Shown in pieces: positions 40,626 to 51,218 of a DNA stretch of 64,000 nucleotides. Under the pieces are notes generated by a model. It saw only the letters and a program-made list of their open reading frames with translations, was not told where the DNA came from and made no database searches. The DNA is taken from the IMG/VR virus record IMGVR_UViG_3300042973_000010. One strand, written 5' to 3'. The DNA comes from an uncultured virus (IMG/VR IMGVR_UViG_3300042973_000010) (Duplodnaviria > Heunggongvirae > Uroviricota > Caudoviricetes). Each line of letters starts with the position of its first letter. The stretch's first letter is position 1. The position numbers were made by a program, and so were the translations under genes.

Positions 40626-41990
40626 TCAGAGCAGATCGATAAATCGTGTCTCCGTGGTTCCGTCTTCATATTCGAAGGTGACCTCAATCCCTACCTGACC
40701 ATTCTCGCCTTTCTTCAGATTTTCCGATGCAATCTGGCAGGAGAAGGTATAGCTTTCCCTGTTGGCAGGTGTTATGGTTTGCATCAGACTTTTTGTCGTA
40801 TTCAGCGCTCCTTCGCATTTGAAAGAAGCCATCCCAGACACGCCATTCTCTGCATCCACAGAAAAGCCGGAATTTTGCCAATACTTAAGCCCGGAATCTG
40901 CCCTGGAGTTTCGCAGGTGATTAAATGGAACCAGATCCTTTATTTCCTGGCTGTCCACGAGATTTGCACCGGCCAGCGTATCGGCGGCAAAGTCCCACTG
41001 GGCGGAGGAATCACCGAGTTCACGAAGGGTTGTGGAAAGTTCCAGAACCGTGTTCCAAGGCTCCAGCAGGTTATATTCCCTCCGGACGATTCTTGTCTTG
41101 ATGCTGAGGCCTAGTTCATCGTCCTTTACCGTTACGATGTCCCCAAGTTTCCACGTTTCATGCGCATATCCGGTCAACACAGACAGGTCCACCGCATTCA
41201 GCACATAGGAAATACGAGGCGATGCATAGTCCGCCAGCCGCATCTGGGTATATTCTTTCATCTGGTAAGGATTCGTGAAGTTCGAACAGTCCAGTGTGGA
41301 CACCCGGATTTCACTGGTATAGGTGCTATCCTCGACATACTCCCTGCCGCCATTGATGGAAGCAAAGGTCAAGCCGTCTTTTCCATAGGCATAGAGCCTT
41401 GTTATCAGGCTTTCTGTATCAATTACGCGTTTAATGGATTTCATGTTCTTCCGGTAACAGAAAAGTGCCCCGGAATCTGCCCCGCTGAAAGTGAGAAGAC
41501 TTACGGTATGATTGGTATTATCAAAGATGAGGTCCCCGCCATGAAGATCCTGCACCTTTCTAAGGATTGCCAGCGTGTTCTTCTCACTGCAAGTCCAGGT
41601 ACGTTTCGTCCTGACATTTACGGTCCCGAGTGTCCAACCGGTGTCTTTCATTGCGTAAGCCATCGGGACATCTGCGGTATCCGCATTAAAAGAGAACTCC
41701 GCTTTTTTCTCTGAAAAGCCAAGATCATAAAAGGCCGCTTCCGCATAGACGGAAGTTATAGCAGCGCCCTGTTCCTTCTTTTCATCGGTGACGGTACGGA
41801 TGCGATAGATATCTTTTCCAGCGCGGATCTGTTTTTCATTTTCGATGTATTTTCTCTTTTCATCCTGAAACGGCAATGAAAATGCTGCAGTATCAACGCC
41901 ATTGATCTCACCTGTCACGATGATATCATAGGCATTCTCAAGTACCTCATCCGGACTGCCGTTTTTATCCAGAAGAATCAGTTTTTCCAT
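40626..41990 (-). CDS. Tail spike/Tal-like (prophage tail endopeptidase-like) protein
   Basis: Follows Dit; ITRLYAYGKDGL, LGD.V.V.D; C-terminal N.LRNS.AD CBM-like start. Confidence 0.8.
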   Translation of the reverse strand: MEKLILLDKNGSPDEVLENAYDIIVTGEINGVDTAAFSLPFQDEKRKYIENEKQIRAGKDIYRIRTVTDEKKEQGAAITSVYAEAAFYDLGFSEKKAEFSFNADTADVPMAYAMKDTGWTLGTVNVRTKRTWTCSEKNTLAILRKVQDLHGGDLIFDNTNHTVSLLTFSGADSGALFCYRKNMKSIKRVIDTESLITRLYAYGKDGLTFASINGGREYVEDSTYTSEIRVSTLDCSNFTNPYQMKEYTQMRLADYASPRISYVLNAVDLSVLTGYAHETWKLGDIVTVKDDELGLSIKTRIVRREYNLLEPWNTVLELSTTLRELGDSSAQWDFAADTLAGANLVDSQEIKDLVPFNHLRNSRADSGLKYWQNSGFSVDAENGVSGMASFKCEGALNTTKSLMQTITPANRESYTFSCQIASENLKKGENGQVGIEVTFEYEDGTTETRFIDLL

Positions 41991-41992
41991 CT

Positions 41993-43897
41993 TTACCTCC
42001 ATCTGCTCTTGGCCCTGATGACCAGTTTTTTAAAGGATGACTTTCCCGGAACGGAAAGGCGGATACTCTTAAATTTCGGTGTTTTAGCGGTATCCGAAGT
42101 TGTAAGCGTCACCCGAAAACGGATGTAATTTGCAGATACAGATTGAATTTTATCTTCCACATCCGGCGCAGCCCATTCACTCCATGTGATCAAATCATCC
42201 GAAGTGGAAGTCTCGGCCATTACACCCGTTCCTTCCGGCTGTTCTGAGTCAACGGAAAGATAACATGCCCCGATAATGCCATAGGAAACAGCTTTTGTTG
42301 TAAGAATTCCGCTTGCCGGATAGACACCTCCGGATGCCTTTAGGATGACCGCGCCAGCAGTTGTCAGTCCATCCACATCCGATGCGGAATCTGCCGCATT
42401 GGCAAATAGGGACGCCTTAAACCACGAAGCGATCTCTTCTGCGGTCAGGCTAAAGTCACAGTCTATAAACCAGTCATCAAAGTTTCCTGAGTACCAGTAG
42501 GAATCGGCGTGCATGCCCCAGATAAGGTCCGCCGTACAGGAACGGTTCAGTTCCCCGGTAAACTGAACCACTTCCGATATCCAGGTCTCCCCAGACGTTC
42601 TGCTGCCAAGGACATACTGGGCTGTTTTATCGTTCGGTTTGATCAGGCATACAAGGAAATACCACTCCCCGTTGCTTAGGGAAAAGGAAGGAGAGAAATC
42701 CTGATCAAGAATCAGCGTCCCAGAAGCATCATAGAGCATCAGCCTTGGTTTTCCGGAGTGCAGCGACAGATAAAAGATCGGTTGTCCTGGCCCATAGCGG
42801 GTATTCAGCAAAGGTGTAAAGGTATTTCCGACCGAGTAGGTGGTCGGCATAAACCAGCCACCAACAGCGACCGTCTTCCCGAGGGAAGAAAACAGCGTGT
42901 TATCATTGGCCACTTTGAGATATGTTTTCTCTGTTAGTGGATTGTTGATGTTTATCCGAAACGATCGTCCCAAATGTCCTGTCTGCAGAGAGACGGTAGT
43001 ACCGCTCCAGTTCTGGACAAAAGCCTTTCTGCCTTTGCTGGACGAATCAGACAAGCAGGTGTCCGCATCCGGCGCGGATTCATTGAACCGACAGAGACCA
43101 TCCGGCCCCCAGACATCCGGGACTTGCCCGGTAAAATTATCCTGAGTGTCCAGACCTGTCACCGTCTGTCCTGCACCATCATCTGCCTCAATCACTATGG
43201 TGTTCGTACCCGGCTTAAAAAATGGAAAATCCATAGCGGACAGCAGGGGCAGCCCATTTCGAAGCATATTTCCACCTGCATCGATCACCTTTGCCGTCAT
43301 AAGCGAGGAGTCGATGACAAGAATTTCGTTTTCCGAAAGAGGTCCCTCTTCCTGCATTATTTTCCCATTTGTGTTAAGAACTACATGCTTTTCCTTGGGA
43401 AGATCTGCAGTAAGAGAATATACCGGCAGAGAGCTTGCGTTTCCAAGATCTCGTATGACTTCATGCGTTCCGGTTTCTGTGATTTCATAACACTCATCTT
43501 CTTTTGCATAGGCATAAGGGTCGGGGCAGAAAAAGACAAGGTCAAAGGTGCAGGAATTGCGCACGGCCTTATCAAAGGAAAAGCCGCCTTCCAGTCTTGC
43601 CTGATAGATCCGTCCCGGTTCTTTGTCGAGAATCAACGGGCAAAGCCCAATATCAGGATTCAACCATGCAATAATCTCATCCTTCCGTGTAAGGAAATCC
43701 GCGTCACCTTTTCCGGGCGGGATGAAGCAGGAAATCTCGATCTTCCGTTCTCCGATGGTTTCGCCGAAATCAAAGATGCCTTCGCGGCCCGAAACCGTGA
43801 TGGTATGGTTAGTAAAATCCGGCATCCGGTTTTCCTTTGTCATACGCGTGGCAAGTCCGAAACTCTGCGACGTCCTGCTATTAAATGTAAAGCCCAT
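41993..43897 (-). CDS. Distal tail protein with inserted LamG-like region
   Basis: MGFTFN start, F.CPDPYAY, follows TMP. Confidence 0.8.
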   Translation of the reverse strand: MGFTFNSRTSQSFGLATRMTKENRMPDFTNHTITVSGREGIFDFGETIGERKIEISCFIPPGKGDADFLTRKDEIIAWLNPDIGLCPLILDKEPGRIYQARLEGGFSFDKAVRNSCTFDLVFFCPDPYAYAKEDECYEITETGTHEVIRDLGNASSLPVYSLTADLPKEKHVVLNTNGKIMQEEGPLSENEILVIDSSLMTAKVIDAGGNMLRNGLPLLSAMDFPFFKPGTNTIVIEADDGAGQTVTGLDTQDNFTGQVPDVWGPDGLCRFNESAPDADTCLSDSSSKGRKAFVQNWSGTTVSLQTGHLGRSFRININNPLTEKTYLKVANDNTLFSSLGKTVAVGGWFMPTTYSVGNTFTPLLNTRYGPGQPIFYLSLHSGKPRLMLYDASGTLILDQDFSPSFSLSNGEWYFLVCLIKPNDKTAQYVLGSRTSGETWISEVVQFTGELNRSCTADLIWGMHADSYWYSGNFDDWFIDCDFSLTAEEIASWFKASLFANAADSASDVDGLTTAGAVILKASGGVYPASGILTTKAVSYGIIGACYLSVDSEQPEGTGVMAETSTSDDLITWSEWAAPDVEDKIQSVSANYIRFRVTLTTSDTAKTPKFKSIRLSVPGKSSFKKLVIRAKSRWR

Positions 43898-46649
43898 CAG
43901 ATCACCGTTCCTTTCGCCCGCCTACTTCCTGTCAGCAGATTGTTTAACTGCTGGGAAATTCTGCGGATATCATCGTCATTTCTAACGTTCATTTCCTGAA
44001 TGTTGATAAGCGGCTGCTCACCGGATGCTATAGAGGCAGTGCTACTCACGGCATCTTTGATCATAGAGCGAAGCGAATTTACGCCGACGACGGCTTCCGC
44101 ACCGGCCTCGCCTCCGGCAAGCAGGCTGTTTCCGCTCATCCCGAAGATGGTCGGCGAATCCAGAATCATGCCGTTTCCCATTGCCTTCTTATACCAGTCC
44201 ACAGAAAAATACGGGATGGACGGCGGGTTGAGCGAGAAGCTGCCGGAAATGGAGAAGTGCGGCAGTTTAATCTTTGGCAGTTCCCAGTTGAAATTGAAGA
44301 TGCCCTTGAGCTTATCTACAATTCCGGATACAAAGCTCCAGATGCCGTTGAACACGCTGCTGAACACATCCTTAATGCCGTTCAGGATTCCGGAGATTGT
44401 ATTATGGATTGCGTTGAAGGCTGTGGAGATGCCGGTCTGCATGGCATTCACAACGCCCATGACCACACTCTTGATGCCGTTCCAAACGGTGGTGAAAACT
44501 GTACGGATTGCATTGAAAACCGTGCTGGTAACCGTCTGGATGGTATTCCATGCCGTTGTAATAAAGGTCTGAATCGCGCTGACCACTGTGGTTATGACTG
44601 CTTTTATTGCGTTCCAGATGGCAGTGACAACAACACTGATTGCCGTCAGAACGGTTGTAATGATCGTTTTATAAAATTCAAAATAGGTCGTCACGACGAG
44701 CTGGATCGCGGTAAAGATGGTTTCAAAGAAAGTCTTGATTCCGTTCCAGATGGTCCGAGATCACCGTGCTGGATGGCCGTCATGACGGTTTCAACCGTCG
44801 GTCTTGATCGCCGTTCCAGGCATCCGGCAAGGAACGTGCCGATGGCCGTGCACGGCGGTCGTGAATACACGTCTGTGATCGCCGTGCCATGATCGGCGTC
44901 AAAGAAGTCCTTGATCGCCGTGAACACCGTAATGACAGCGTCTGCCTTGATGCCTGTCCCAGAGGCCGATCCAGAACTGCCGGAAGCTCGTCGCAGTTAT
45001 TCCACAGATAGATGAATGCCGCGACCAGCGCAGTCCGATGGCCGCAATGATCAGGCCGATCGGGTTGGCCGGCCATCGACCGCGTTCAAGGCTCCTGTGA
45101 TAACGGTTTTCACGCCGGTGTCAGCCGCCGTGATCTTCGGTATGACAGAAGTGAGGATCGTCCCGACCGCCGAGATGATCAGCTTGCCGATGACCATGAG
45201 AACAGGTCCCACGGCTGCGGCAATAAGAGCTATCTTCACGATGGTTTCCTGCACGGGTCCGGGAATGCCGTTCCAGATGTCCGCGAACTTCTGAAGCGCG
45301 GCCGAGATGTCCTGCAGGACAGGCTTGAGAACAGTCGCGAGGCTGTTTCCGATGTCAGCGCCGACTTCCTTCAGAGAGTTCAATGTCATCTGGAACTGGT
45401 CGATCGGGTCGAGTGTCTCGTTGAACGTGTTTTCCACACTGCCGGAGAAATCGCCGAGCGTGCCGGACAGATCGTCAAGGTTGAGTTTCCCGCTCTGCAC
45501 GGCGTTGTAGAATGCAGCGCCCGCCTTGCTTCCGAACAGGTCGTAGGCGGCCTGCAGCTTCTCGGTGTCCGACTTGTTGGAACTCATCGTGTCGGAGAAA
45601 CCTTTCAGCGCCTCATCGAGGGACATGCCGTCGTCCGCCGCGTTCTTCATGGCTTTCTTAAGACCGGCCATCGCCGTTGAAGTGTCGAGACCGGACATTT
45701 CCACCATGCCCATGAATCCGGCGGCCTGCTGGGCGGTCAGTCCCATCTCCTTAAACTGTGCGGCGTTCTGCGACAGGTCGTTTGCCAGCGTGTCCATGGA
45801 GATCCCGGTCGCCTGTCCGGTGGCGTTCAATGCATCCAGAAGGTCGCCCGCGTCGTCCGTGGACTGCCCGAAGGCGTTCAGAACAGAGGAAACGTTATCG
45901 ACGGAGGTGGATACGTCCGTGTCGTTCAGCTGCGCGAACTTGATGAACTTGCCCGACAGATCCTCAAGCGCCTGCCCGGTGAGACCGAATCTTGTGTTGA
46001 CTTCGCCGACGGCCGCGCCTGCGGTTTCAAAGTCCGTCGGAATCTGCGTCGCGAGATTCTTGACGCTCTGCTGCATTTCTTCAAGCGCCTGCCCGGACGC
46101 ACCGGTTTTCTGCGTCACGATGTCAAGTCCGGAGTCCACTTCGCCGAAAGCGACAAGAGAAGCCGCCCCGAGAGCGGTGATCGGCGCAGTCACGCCTTTG
46201 GAGAGGGATTCGCCGACGCCTGAGATCTTGCCGCCGACTTCCTGCATCTTGGAACCGGTCTGTTTTAGTGTGGCCGCAATACTGGAATCCGTATTCTTTG
46301 TCTGTTCCTCGAGGTTCTTCAGTTCCTGCTCGGTTGCGATGATCTCACGCTGCCATGCGTCGTACTGTTCCTGTGTGACGCTGCCGTTTTTAAGACCCGC
46401 GTCCATCTGATCCTGCACCGATTTCAGCTGTGTGAGCTTGTCCTTGGTTTCCGTCACCGCCTGAGAGAGCAGTTTCTGCTTCTGGGCGATGAGCTCGGAG
46501 TTGGTCGGATCGAGTTTCAGGAGCTTGTTTACGTCCTTGAGCTGGGACTGGGTGTTCCTGATTTCCTTGTTGACGCCGGACAGCGCTTTCGAGAGGCCGG
46601 TCGTATCGCCGCCGATCTCGACTGTGATGCCTTTGATTCTGTCAGCCAT
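43897..46649 (-). CDS. Tail tape measure protein (garbled frames at ~44690-45070)
   Basis: 45051..46649 plus 43897..44694; W-periodic repeats; GEAGAEAV. Confidence 0.88.
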
Positions 46650-46664
46650 ACGAAGCCTCCTTCC

Positions 46665-46858
46665 TTAGAATCTGTCCATCATTTCCTGCGTCGCGATTTC
46701 CGGGTAGTCCCAGTCGTCGTTCGACATCTCCGCGTACATGTCGTTTACGGTTCCGATCGTGAGAAGATCAAGTTCCGAGATCGAAAGTCCGATCTGTACG
46801 CAGCGCAGTAAAAAGAGTGGGGTTGTCATTTCCCGCTCTGTCGCATGGTGTTTTTTTT
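46665..46858 (-). CDS. Tail assembly chaperone gpT-like extension (-1 frameshift)
   Basis: EREMTTPLFLLRCVQIGLSISELDLL...MDRF* after an A8C run. Confidence 0.75.
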
Positions 46859-47203
46859 AGACTGGACCTGCTGTTCCGTATTGAGTCCCCACAGCTCGAT
46901 GATCTGAGGGAGAATCTCGTAGATCGAGAACGTGGAGAACTCGTCCAGCCATTCCTCAGGAGTATCCGGAACGTCTTTGTCCGCATGCTTTGCCATGAGC
47001 CATGCGATGTTCTCGAAAAGTTCGAGACTGAACGTGTCCAGACTGGAATTTTCCGCGTCGTTTTCGTCGATGCTTTTCTGAAGCTTACTCAGGTCACGGT
47101 AAATATCCCTGTGGAACTTATTCCTGTAGAGCCTTGGAATGGCGGCTGACGCGCGGAACGTCACAGGCTTTTCGTCGATTTCGATTGTCTTTATCACTGC
47201 CAT
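46826..47203 (-). CDS. Tail assembly chaperone (gpG-like)
   Basis: Between major tail and TMP; ends ..SKKN. Confidence 0.85.
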   Translation of the reverse strand: MAVIKTIEIDEKPVTFRASAAIPRLYRNKFHRDIYRDLSKLQKSIDENDAENSSLDTFSLELFENIAWLMAKHADKDVPDTPEEWLDEFSTFSIYEILPQIIELWGLNTEQQVQSKKNTMRQSGK

Positions 47204-47214
47204 TGCCGATCACC

Positions 47215-47832
47215 TCATTCCGTCAGGCTGCTTGTGGACGAAGAACTCGTGGACGAGGACGCCGCCGCAGCCGTCGGTTCATAAACCTTGTCGTACCATG
47301 CGTCGTACACAGCGTCGGATGTATTCGTTCCGGTCTTTACCTTCACGAGTCCGGACGGCAGCGGCGAAACCGTGAGGGAGAGAGTCTCCGTCTGCACTTC
47401 GGTCGAGTCTTCCTTCGTGGAGCCGGAAACGGAAGGACGGGTCGCCGAGCAGTAGTACATGCAGTGGCGGATCTTCCTCTGGTCGCCGGAAAACTCGAAA
47501 AGGAGCGCGAAATGCTCCGGCTCCACGTCCTTGTTTTCGGCAATGACGCCGTTGGCGTCCTCCGTTTCGTGCATCACGTCCGTGAGAAAACTCTCCGGGA
47601 TGAGGGCGAGCTCGAAGTCGCCGGAATATCCGTTGTTGTTCGAAACCATGTAATATACGGAATCGTCCGCATAGAACGGATCGTTTTCGCCCTCGGCATC
47701 GAGGGAAAGAGATACCGCGCCGGGCATGGCGACAGGCGTGCCGAATGTGACCGTGCCGTCCTCCGCGAGCGTCGCGATCGCGTAGTGGCAGTTCTTAAGG
47801 CCGAACTTGACCTTGTTTTTCTTGTTTGCCAT
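47215..47832 (-). CDS. Major tail protein (phi13-like)
   Basis: [16 protein letters not shown]. Confidence 0.9.
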   Translation of the reverse strand: MANKKNKVKFGLKNCHYAIATLAEDGTVTFGTPVAMPGAVSLSLDAEGENDPFYADDSVYYMVSNNNGYSGDFELALIPESFLTDVMHETEDANGVIAENKDVEPEHFALLFEFSGDQRKIRHCMYYCSATRPSVSGSTKEDSTEVQTETLSLTVSPLPSGLVKVKTGTNTSDAVYDAWYDKVYEPTAAAASSSTSSSSTSSLTE

Positions 47833-47837
47833 ATCTG

Positions 47838-48164
47838 TTAACCTCCTATGATTTGTGTTTGATACAGGACCTCATACATCTTTTCTTCCTCGATCCATAC
47901 TTCCGATTTCTCGAAGGGGAGTTCGTGCGAGTTCAGGATGTTTTCGATCCCGGTTTCCGTATCCGGGTCTTTCTTATCCGTGTACAGTTCGATGTTGAGT
48001 TCGTCGATCTTCTGGAAGACCGTGTCGTCCGCGAACAGGTTGTCGCTGCCGGGAAAAAGAAAACAGAGAAAAGGCGGGTCCGGAGACTCGCCTTCTGCAA
48101 AATGATCGTAAGCGACAGGAATCCCCGTCTCTTCGAGCATCGATTTGATGTATTCGGGTGTCAT
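47838..48164 (-). CDS. Putative tail terminator protein
   Basis: Synteny; homologue in L. Confidence 0.72.
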   Translation of the reverse strand: MTPEYIKSMLEETGIPVAYDHFAEGESPDPPFLCFLFPGSDNLFADDTVFQKIDELNIELYTDKKDPDTETGIENILNSHELPFEKSEVWIEEEKMYEVLYQTQIIGG

Positions 48165-48170
48165 GAAGTT

Positions 48171-48551
48171 TTATCCTTTCAGTTTTTCTTCGATCGCTTT
48201 CACAAGCGTTTCATTTCCGCGTTCCTCGGCTTTCGCTATATGAGGTCTCGCCGCGACTCTTCCTCCGCCGCGTTTGGCGTGGCCGTGTTCCAGAAGGTGG
48301 GCGATCTGGTAGCGGTTTCTCGAATGCACGACGAGATCGATGGATTCGGAATCCTCGTGAACGTTTTTCACGGACCACGACTTCTTGTACTTTCCGGTGT
48401 CGACCGGAGCGGTGTTCTGGATGTCCTTGCGGACGGACTTCGCCGTTTCCTTCACGGTGTCTTTCAGATCGTCCGCCGCGAGATCCGCATATTTTTCGAG
48501 TTCCGCCATGATGGCGGAATCCATGTCATCAATCGAAGTGTTTCTGCTCAT
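48171..48551 (-). CDS. HK97 gp10-like protein
   Basis: APVDTG, HLLEHGH. Confidence 0.85.
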   Translation of the reverse strand: MSRNTSIDDMDSAIMAELEKYADLAADDLKDTVKETAKSVRKDIQNTAPVDTGKYKKSWSVKNVHEDSESIDLVVHSRNRYQIAHLLEHGHAKRGGGRVAARPHIAKAEERGNETLVKAIEEKLKG

Positions 48552-48880
48552 GAGCCTTTCTCCAGTCTGCAGTTGAATTTGATCGAGTTTCGTTTGTAGC
48601 CCATCGGGTTCACGTAGGTGATGTTGTAGACATGTTCTTCCGCGAGAATCCGGTATTTCGTGGATTCGACCGCGGAAAGCTCAGAACACCACCGGCAGGT
48701 GAAGTCGAGGGATTCCTCGGGATTTACGACCTCGCCCGATGACTCCGATCCGCTCTGCGTTCCGATGGTGGCGTAGCACTTGAAGTAGTCCGTCCATGCG
48801 GCGGTGTGGTTCCCGTACTTGTCTACCGTGATCTCGTTCTTCTGAAAGGTCACGGGGACGCGGAGAGCTGCGATGTTCAT
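48548..48880 (-). CDS. Head closure protein
   Basis: Synteny after connector; D.YGN....W, YNI..V. Confidence 0.8.
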   Translation of the reverse strand: MNIAALRVPVTFQKNEITVDKYGNHTAAWTDYFKCYATIGTQSGSESSGEVVNPEESLDFTCRWCSELSAVESTKYRILAEEHVYNITYVNPMGYKRNSIKFNCRLEKGS

Positions 48881-49167
48881 CAGAACTCCTCCTTCCTGAC
48901 GCCGAAGAGAAGTGCGCGGAGCGTGAGGTTCAGCTGACTGTGATCCGCTTCCTCCCGATGTTCGTAGAGATAGGCGACGGTATAGAGAACGGCGATCCGT
49001 ATGCGGATCAAAACCTTTTCTTCATTCGCTTCCCATTCCTCGTCGGAAAAACGAGCTATGTCCTGTACGATTGCAGTCGCGGATTGAATGAGATTTTTAA
49101 TCAGTTCGTCCTCGTCGGAGGAACTGACTCTTAAGTATGTCTTGGCTTCTTCAAGCGTCACTTCCAT
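48880..49167 (-). CDS. Head-tail connector
   Basis: TLEEAK.YLRV, YLYEHRE. Confidence 0.87.
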   Translation of the reverse strand: MEVTLEEAKTYLRVSSSDEDELIKNLIQSATAIVQDIARFSDEEWEANEEKVLIRIRIAVLYTVAYLYEHREEADHSQLNLTLRALLFGVRKEEF

Positions 49168-49188
49168 CTGATTACCTCCGTTAATGAA

Positions 49189-49220
49189 TCAGGGCATCCC
49201 CGAAAAAAGGAGATGCCCTT
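49189..49220 (-). terminator. Hairpin after the capsid gene
   Basis: AGGGCATC...GATGCCCT inverted repeat. Confidence 0.5.
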
Positions 49221-49239
49221 GAAATGTTAAGTGGGCGGA

Positions 49240-50445
49240 TCAGGCGGATGCCTTGACGGAAAGACCGCGGACGGCTTCCGGCAGGATGAGCTTGCCGTCG
49301 ACCCTTTCGGAGGCGAGGAAACCGATCTGCCCGTTCGCTGCGTACAGCTCGGACAGGCGCTTGAAGGAGCGGCCCTGACGGTCGGCGATCCAGTAGTAGG
49401 AGAAGTCTCCGAACAGGATCGGCACGTTTCCGGCTGCAAGCTCAGGCGCATAGATGCTCGTCTTGTACGGACGGTTAAGGATGGTGTCCGGCTGGCCCGC
49501 GACCACACTCGGCTGCCAGATGTAGTTTCCGTTGCTGTCCTTGATCTTGCGGAGCGCCTTGACGGTAGAGTCGTTCAGAATCCAGACCGCGCGGTTGCGG
49601 TACACGCTCCTCAGGGAATGGAACACGTCCATGATTTCATCGAAGGTGATGTTCGTGTTCGCAATTTCCGTAGTCGCGCCGTCTGTCGCCTTGACCTTGG
49701 TGAATACACCTTCAGGCTTTTTCTGTCCGTCGCCGACAAGGAACGCCTCCTCCTCGGCTGCCCCGATACGTCTCGCGAATTCGGTGGAGATGTAATTCTC
49801 CAGATCGAAGACGGAGTCGTTCATCAGCTCCTCGGAAACCTTGATGGCGGTTCCCAGCTTGTATGCGGAGAGGGTGATCTGGTCGAAGGTGTCATCGGAT
49901 TCAGGGTACAGGCCGTTTTCCTCCATCCAGCTTGCGGTTCCGTGAGATGCGACGATCGGGATGGTGTGCGTGCCGCTGTCGGTCTGGATGACGTGAGCGA
50001 GGGAACGGAAGAAGTTCTCGTCGGTCAGCGCCTGCACCAGCTGTTTCTCGTATTCGTCCGGAACGAGGTAACCGCCGTTCGCGTCGGTTCCGATCTCGAG
50101 AACGTTCTTGACGTCGTACCAGTTGCGCTTGCGGATCGAATCCCAGAACGCTGTTTTGTACGCATTGGAAGCGATGCCCGGCTTGTCCTCCAGCTGCGTT
50201 TCTGCTCCCGGTTTCCCGGTGAGGGGAGCCGTGGTCGGCTGGGAGAGCATCCTGTCGATCTGCTCCTGTCGCTGCAGGCGTTCGATGTCGCGGGTGAGGT
50301 CGGTGACTTCTTTTTCCATCTTGTCGTAAGTGGCAGCGTCTTCCGCGGATACGTTGCCTCCGTTGTCGGAGTGTGTATAGAGAAACTGTTTTGCGGCGTT
50401 CCACGCCTTTGCGCGTTTCTCCATAAGTTCCATGATTTTGGTCAT
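49240..50445 (-). CDS. Major capsid protein, HK97 family
   Basis: GGYLVP, VSEELMND, GDG..KP.G, FGDFS. Confidence 0.95.
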   Translation of the reverse strand: MTKIMELMEKRAKAWNAAKQFLYTHSDNGGNVSAEDAATYDKMEKEVTDLTRDIERLQRQEQIDRMLSQPTTAPLTGKPGAETQLEDKPGIASNAYKTAFWDSIRKRNWYDVKNVLEIGTDANGGYLVPDEYEKQLVQALTDENFFRSLAHVIQTDSGTHTIPIVASHGTASWMEENGLYPESDDTFDQITLSAYKLGTAIKVSEELMNDSVFDLENYISTEFARRIGAAEEEAFLVGDGQKKPEGVFTKVKATDGATTEIANTNITFDEIMDVFHSLRSVYRNRAVWILNDSTVKALRKIKDSNGNYIWQPSVVAGQPDTILNRPYKTSIYAPELAAGNVPILFGDFSYYWIADRQGRSFKRLSELYAANGQIGFLASERVDGKLILPEAVRGLSVKASA

Positions 50446-50465
50446 TTTAAGTTCCTCCATTTCAT

Positions 50466-51218
50466 TCAGTGGCTGAGAAGCGAGAGCCGCTTCTCAAGGT
50501 CAGCAGCCTTGACGGCCGGTTTCGTATTTTTCTGCACAGGTGCGCGCTTCGGGATGAGCTTTGAAAGAAGCGAGTCAGTGACGGCTTTCCTTGAGAAAAG
50601 CATCTCGATTTCGGAACCGTCGTCAGTCTCTTTGTCATCGTCTCCGGAAGGCTCAGTGCCATCCGCAAACAGGATCTCGTCTGCGAATCCGAGCTTCTTT
50701 GCTTCTTTCGCGTTCATCCACGTTTCGGCGTCCATCAGCTTTGAGATCTTGGCTCTTGAAAGGCCGGACTTGATCTCGTAGGCGTTCATAATGCTTTCCT
50801 TGACCTCGGAAAGCATGTCGATCGCCTTCTGCATTTCCTCGCTGTCGCCGATCGCTATGGTCGCGGGATTGTGGACCATAAGCATGGCCACGGGACTCAT
50901 GCAGACCTTCGTTCCGGCCATCGCGATGACGGATGCAGCGGATGCTGCGAGAGCGTCAATCTTGACGGTCACGTCGTACGGATAATCCATCAGCATGTTG
51001 TAGATCTGGGCAGCCGCGAAGACGTCGCCGCCCGGTGAATTGATCCAGAGCGTGATGTTGCCTTTTCCGGAATTCAGTTCATCCTTGAAGATCTGAGGTG
51101 TGATTTCGTCGCCGTACCAGGTCTCATCGGAAATTTCCCCGTCGAGGTAGAGCGTACGGTCTGAACCGAAGCTGTCCGGCGTTTCGTTTCGCACCCATCT
51201 CCAGAACTTTCTTGTCAT
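50466..51218 (-). CDS. ClpP-type prohead protease
   Basis: INSPGGDV, AASAAS, HNP. Confidence 0.93.
   Translation of the reverse strand: MTRKFWRWVRNETPDSFGSDRTLYLDGEISDETWYGDEITPQIFKDELNSGKGNITLWINSPGGDVFAAAQIYNMLMDYPYDVTVKIDALAASAASVIAMAGTKVCMSPVAMLMVHNPATIAIGDSEEMQKAIDMLSEVKESIMNAYEIKSGLSRAKISKLMDAETWMNAKEAKKLGFADEILFADGTEPSGDDDKETDDGSEIEMLFSRKAVTDSLLSKLIPKRAPVQKNTKPAVKAADLEKRLSLLSH

Noticed and set aside
44690..45070. Garbled TMP segment as a hypervariable or DGR target
   Set aside because: No reverse transcriptase or template repeat in the window; looks like low-quality sequence in a repetitive region
7565..50781. Long plus-strand ORFs such as 7565..8719, 12074..13078, 32333..33289, 42974..43999 and 49231..50781
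   Set aside because: Antisense shadows of well-supported minus-strand genes, with no recognisable motifs
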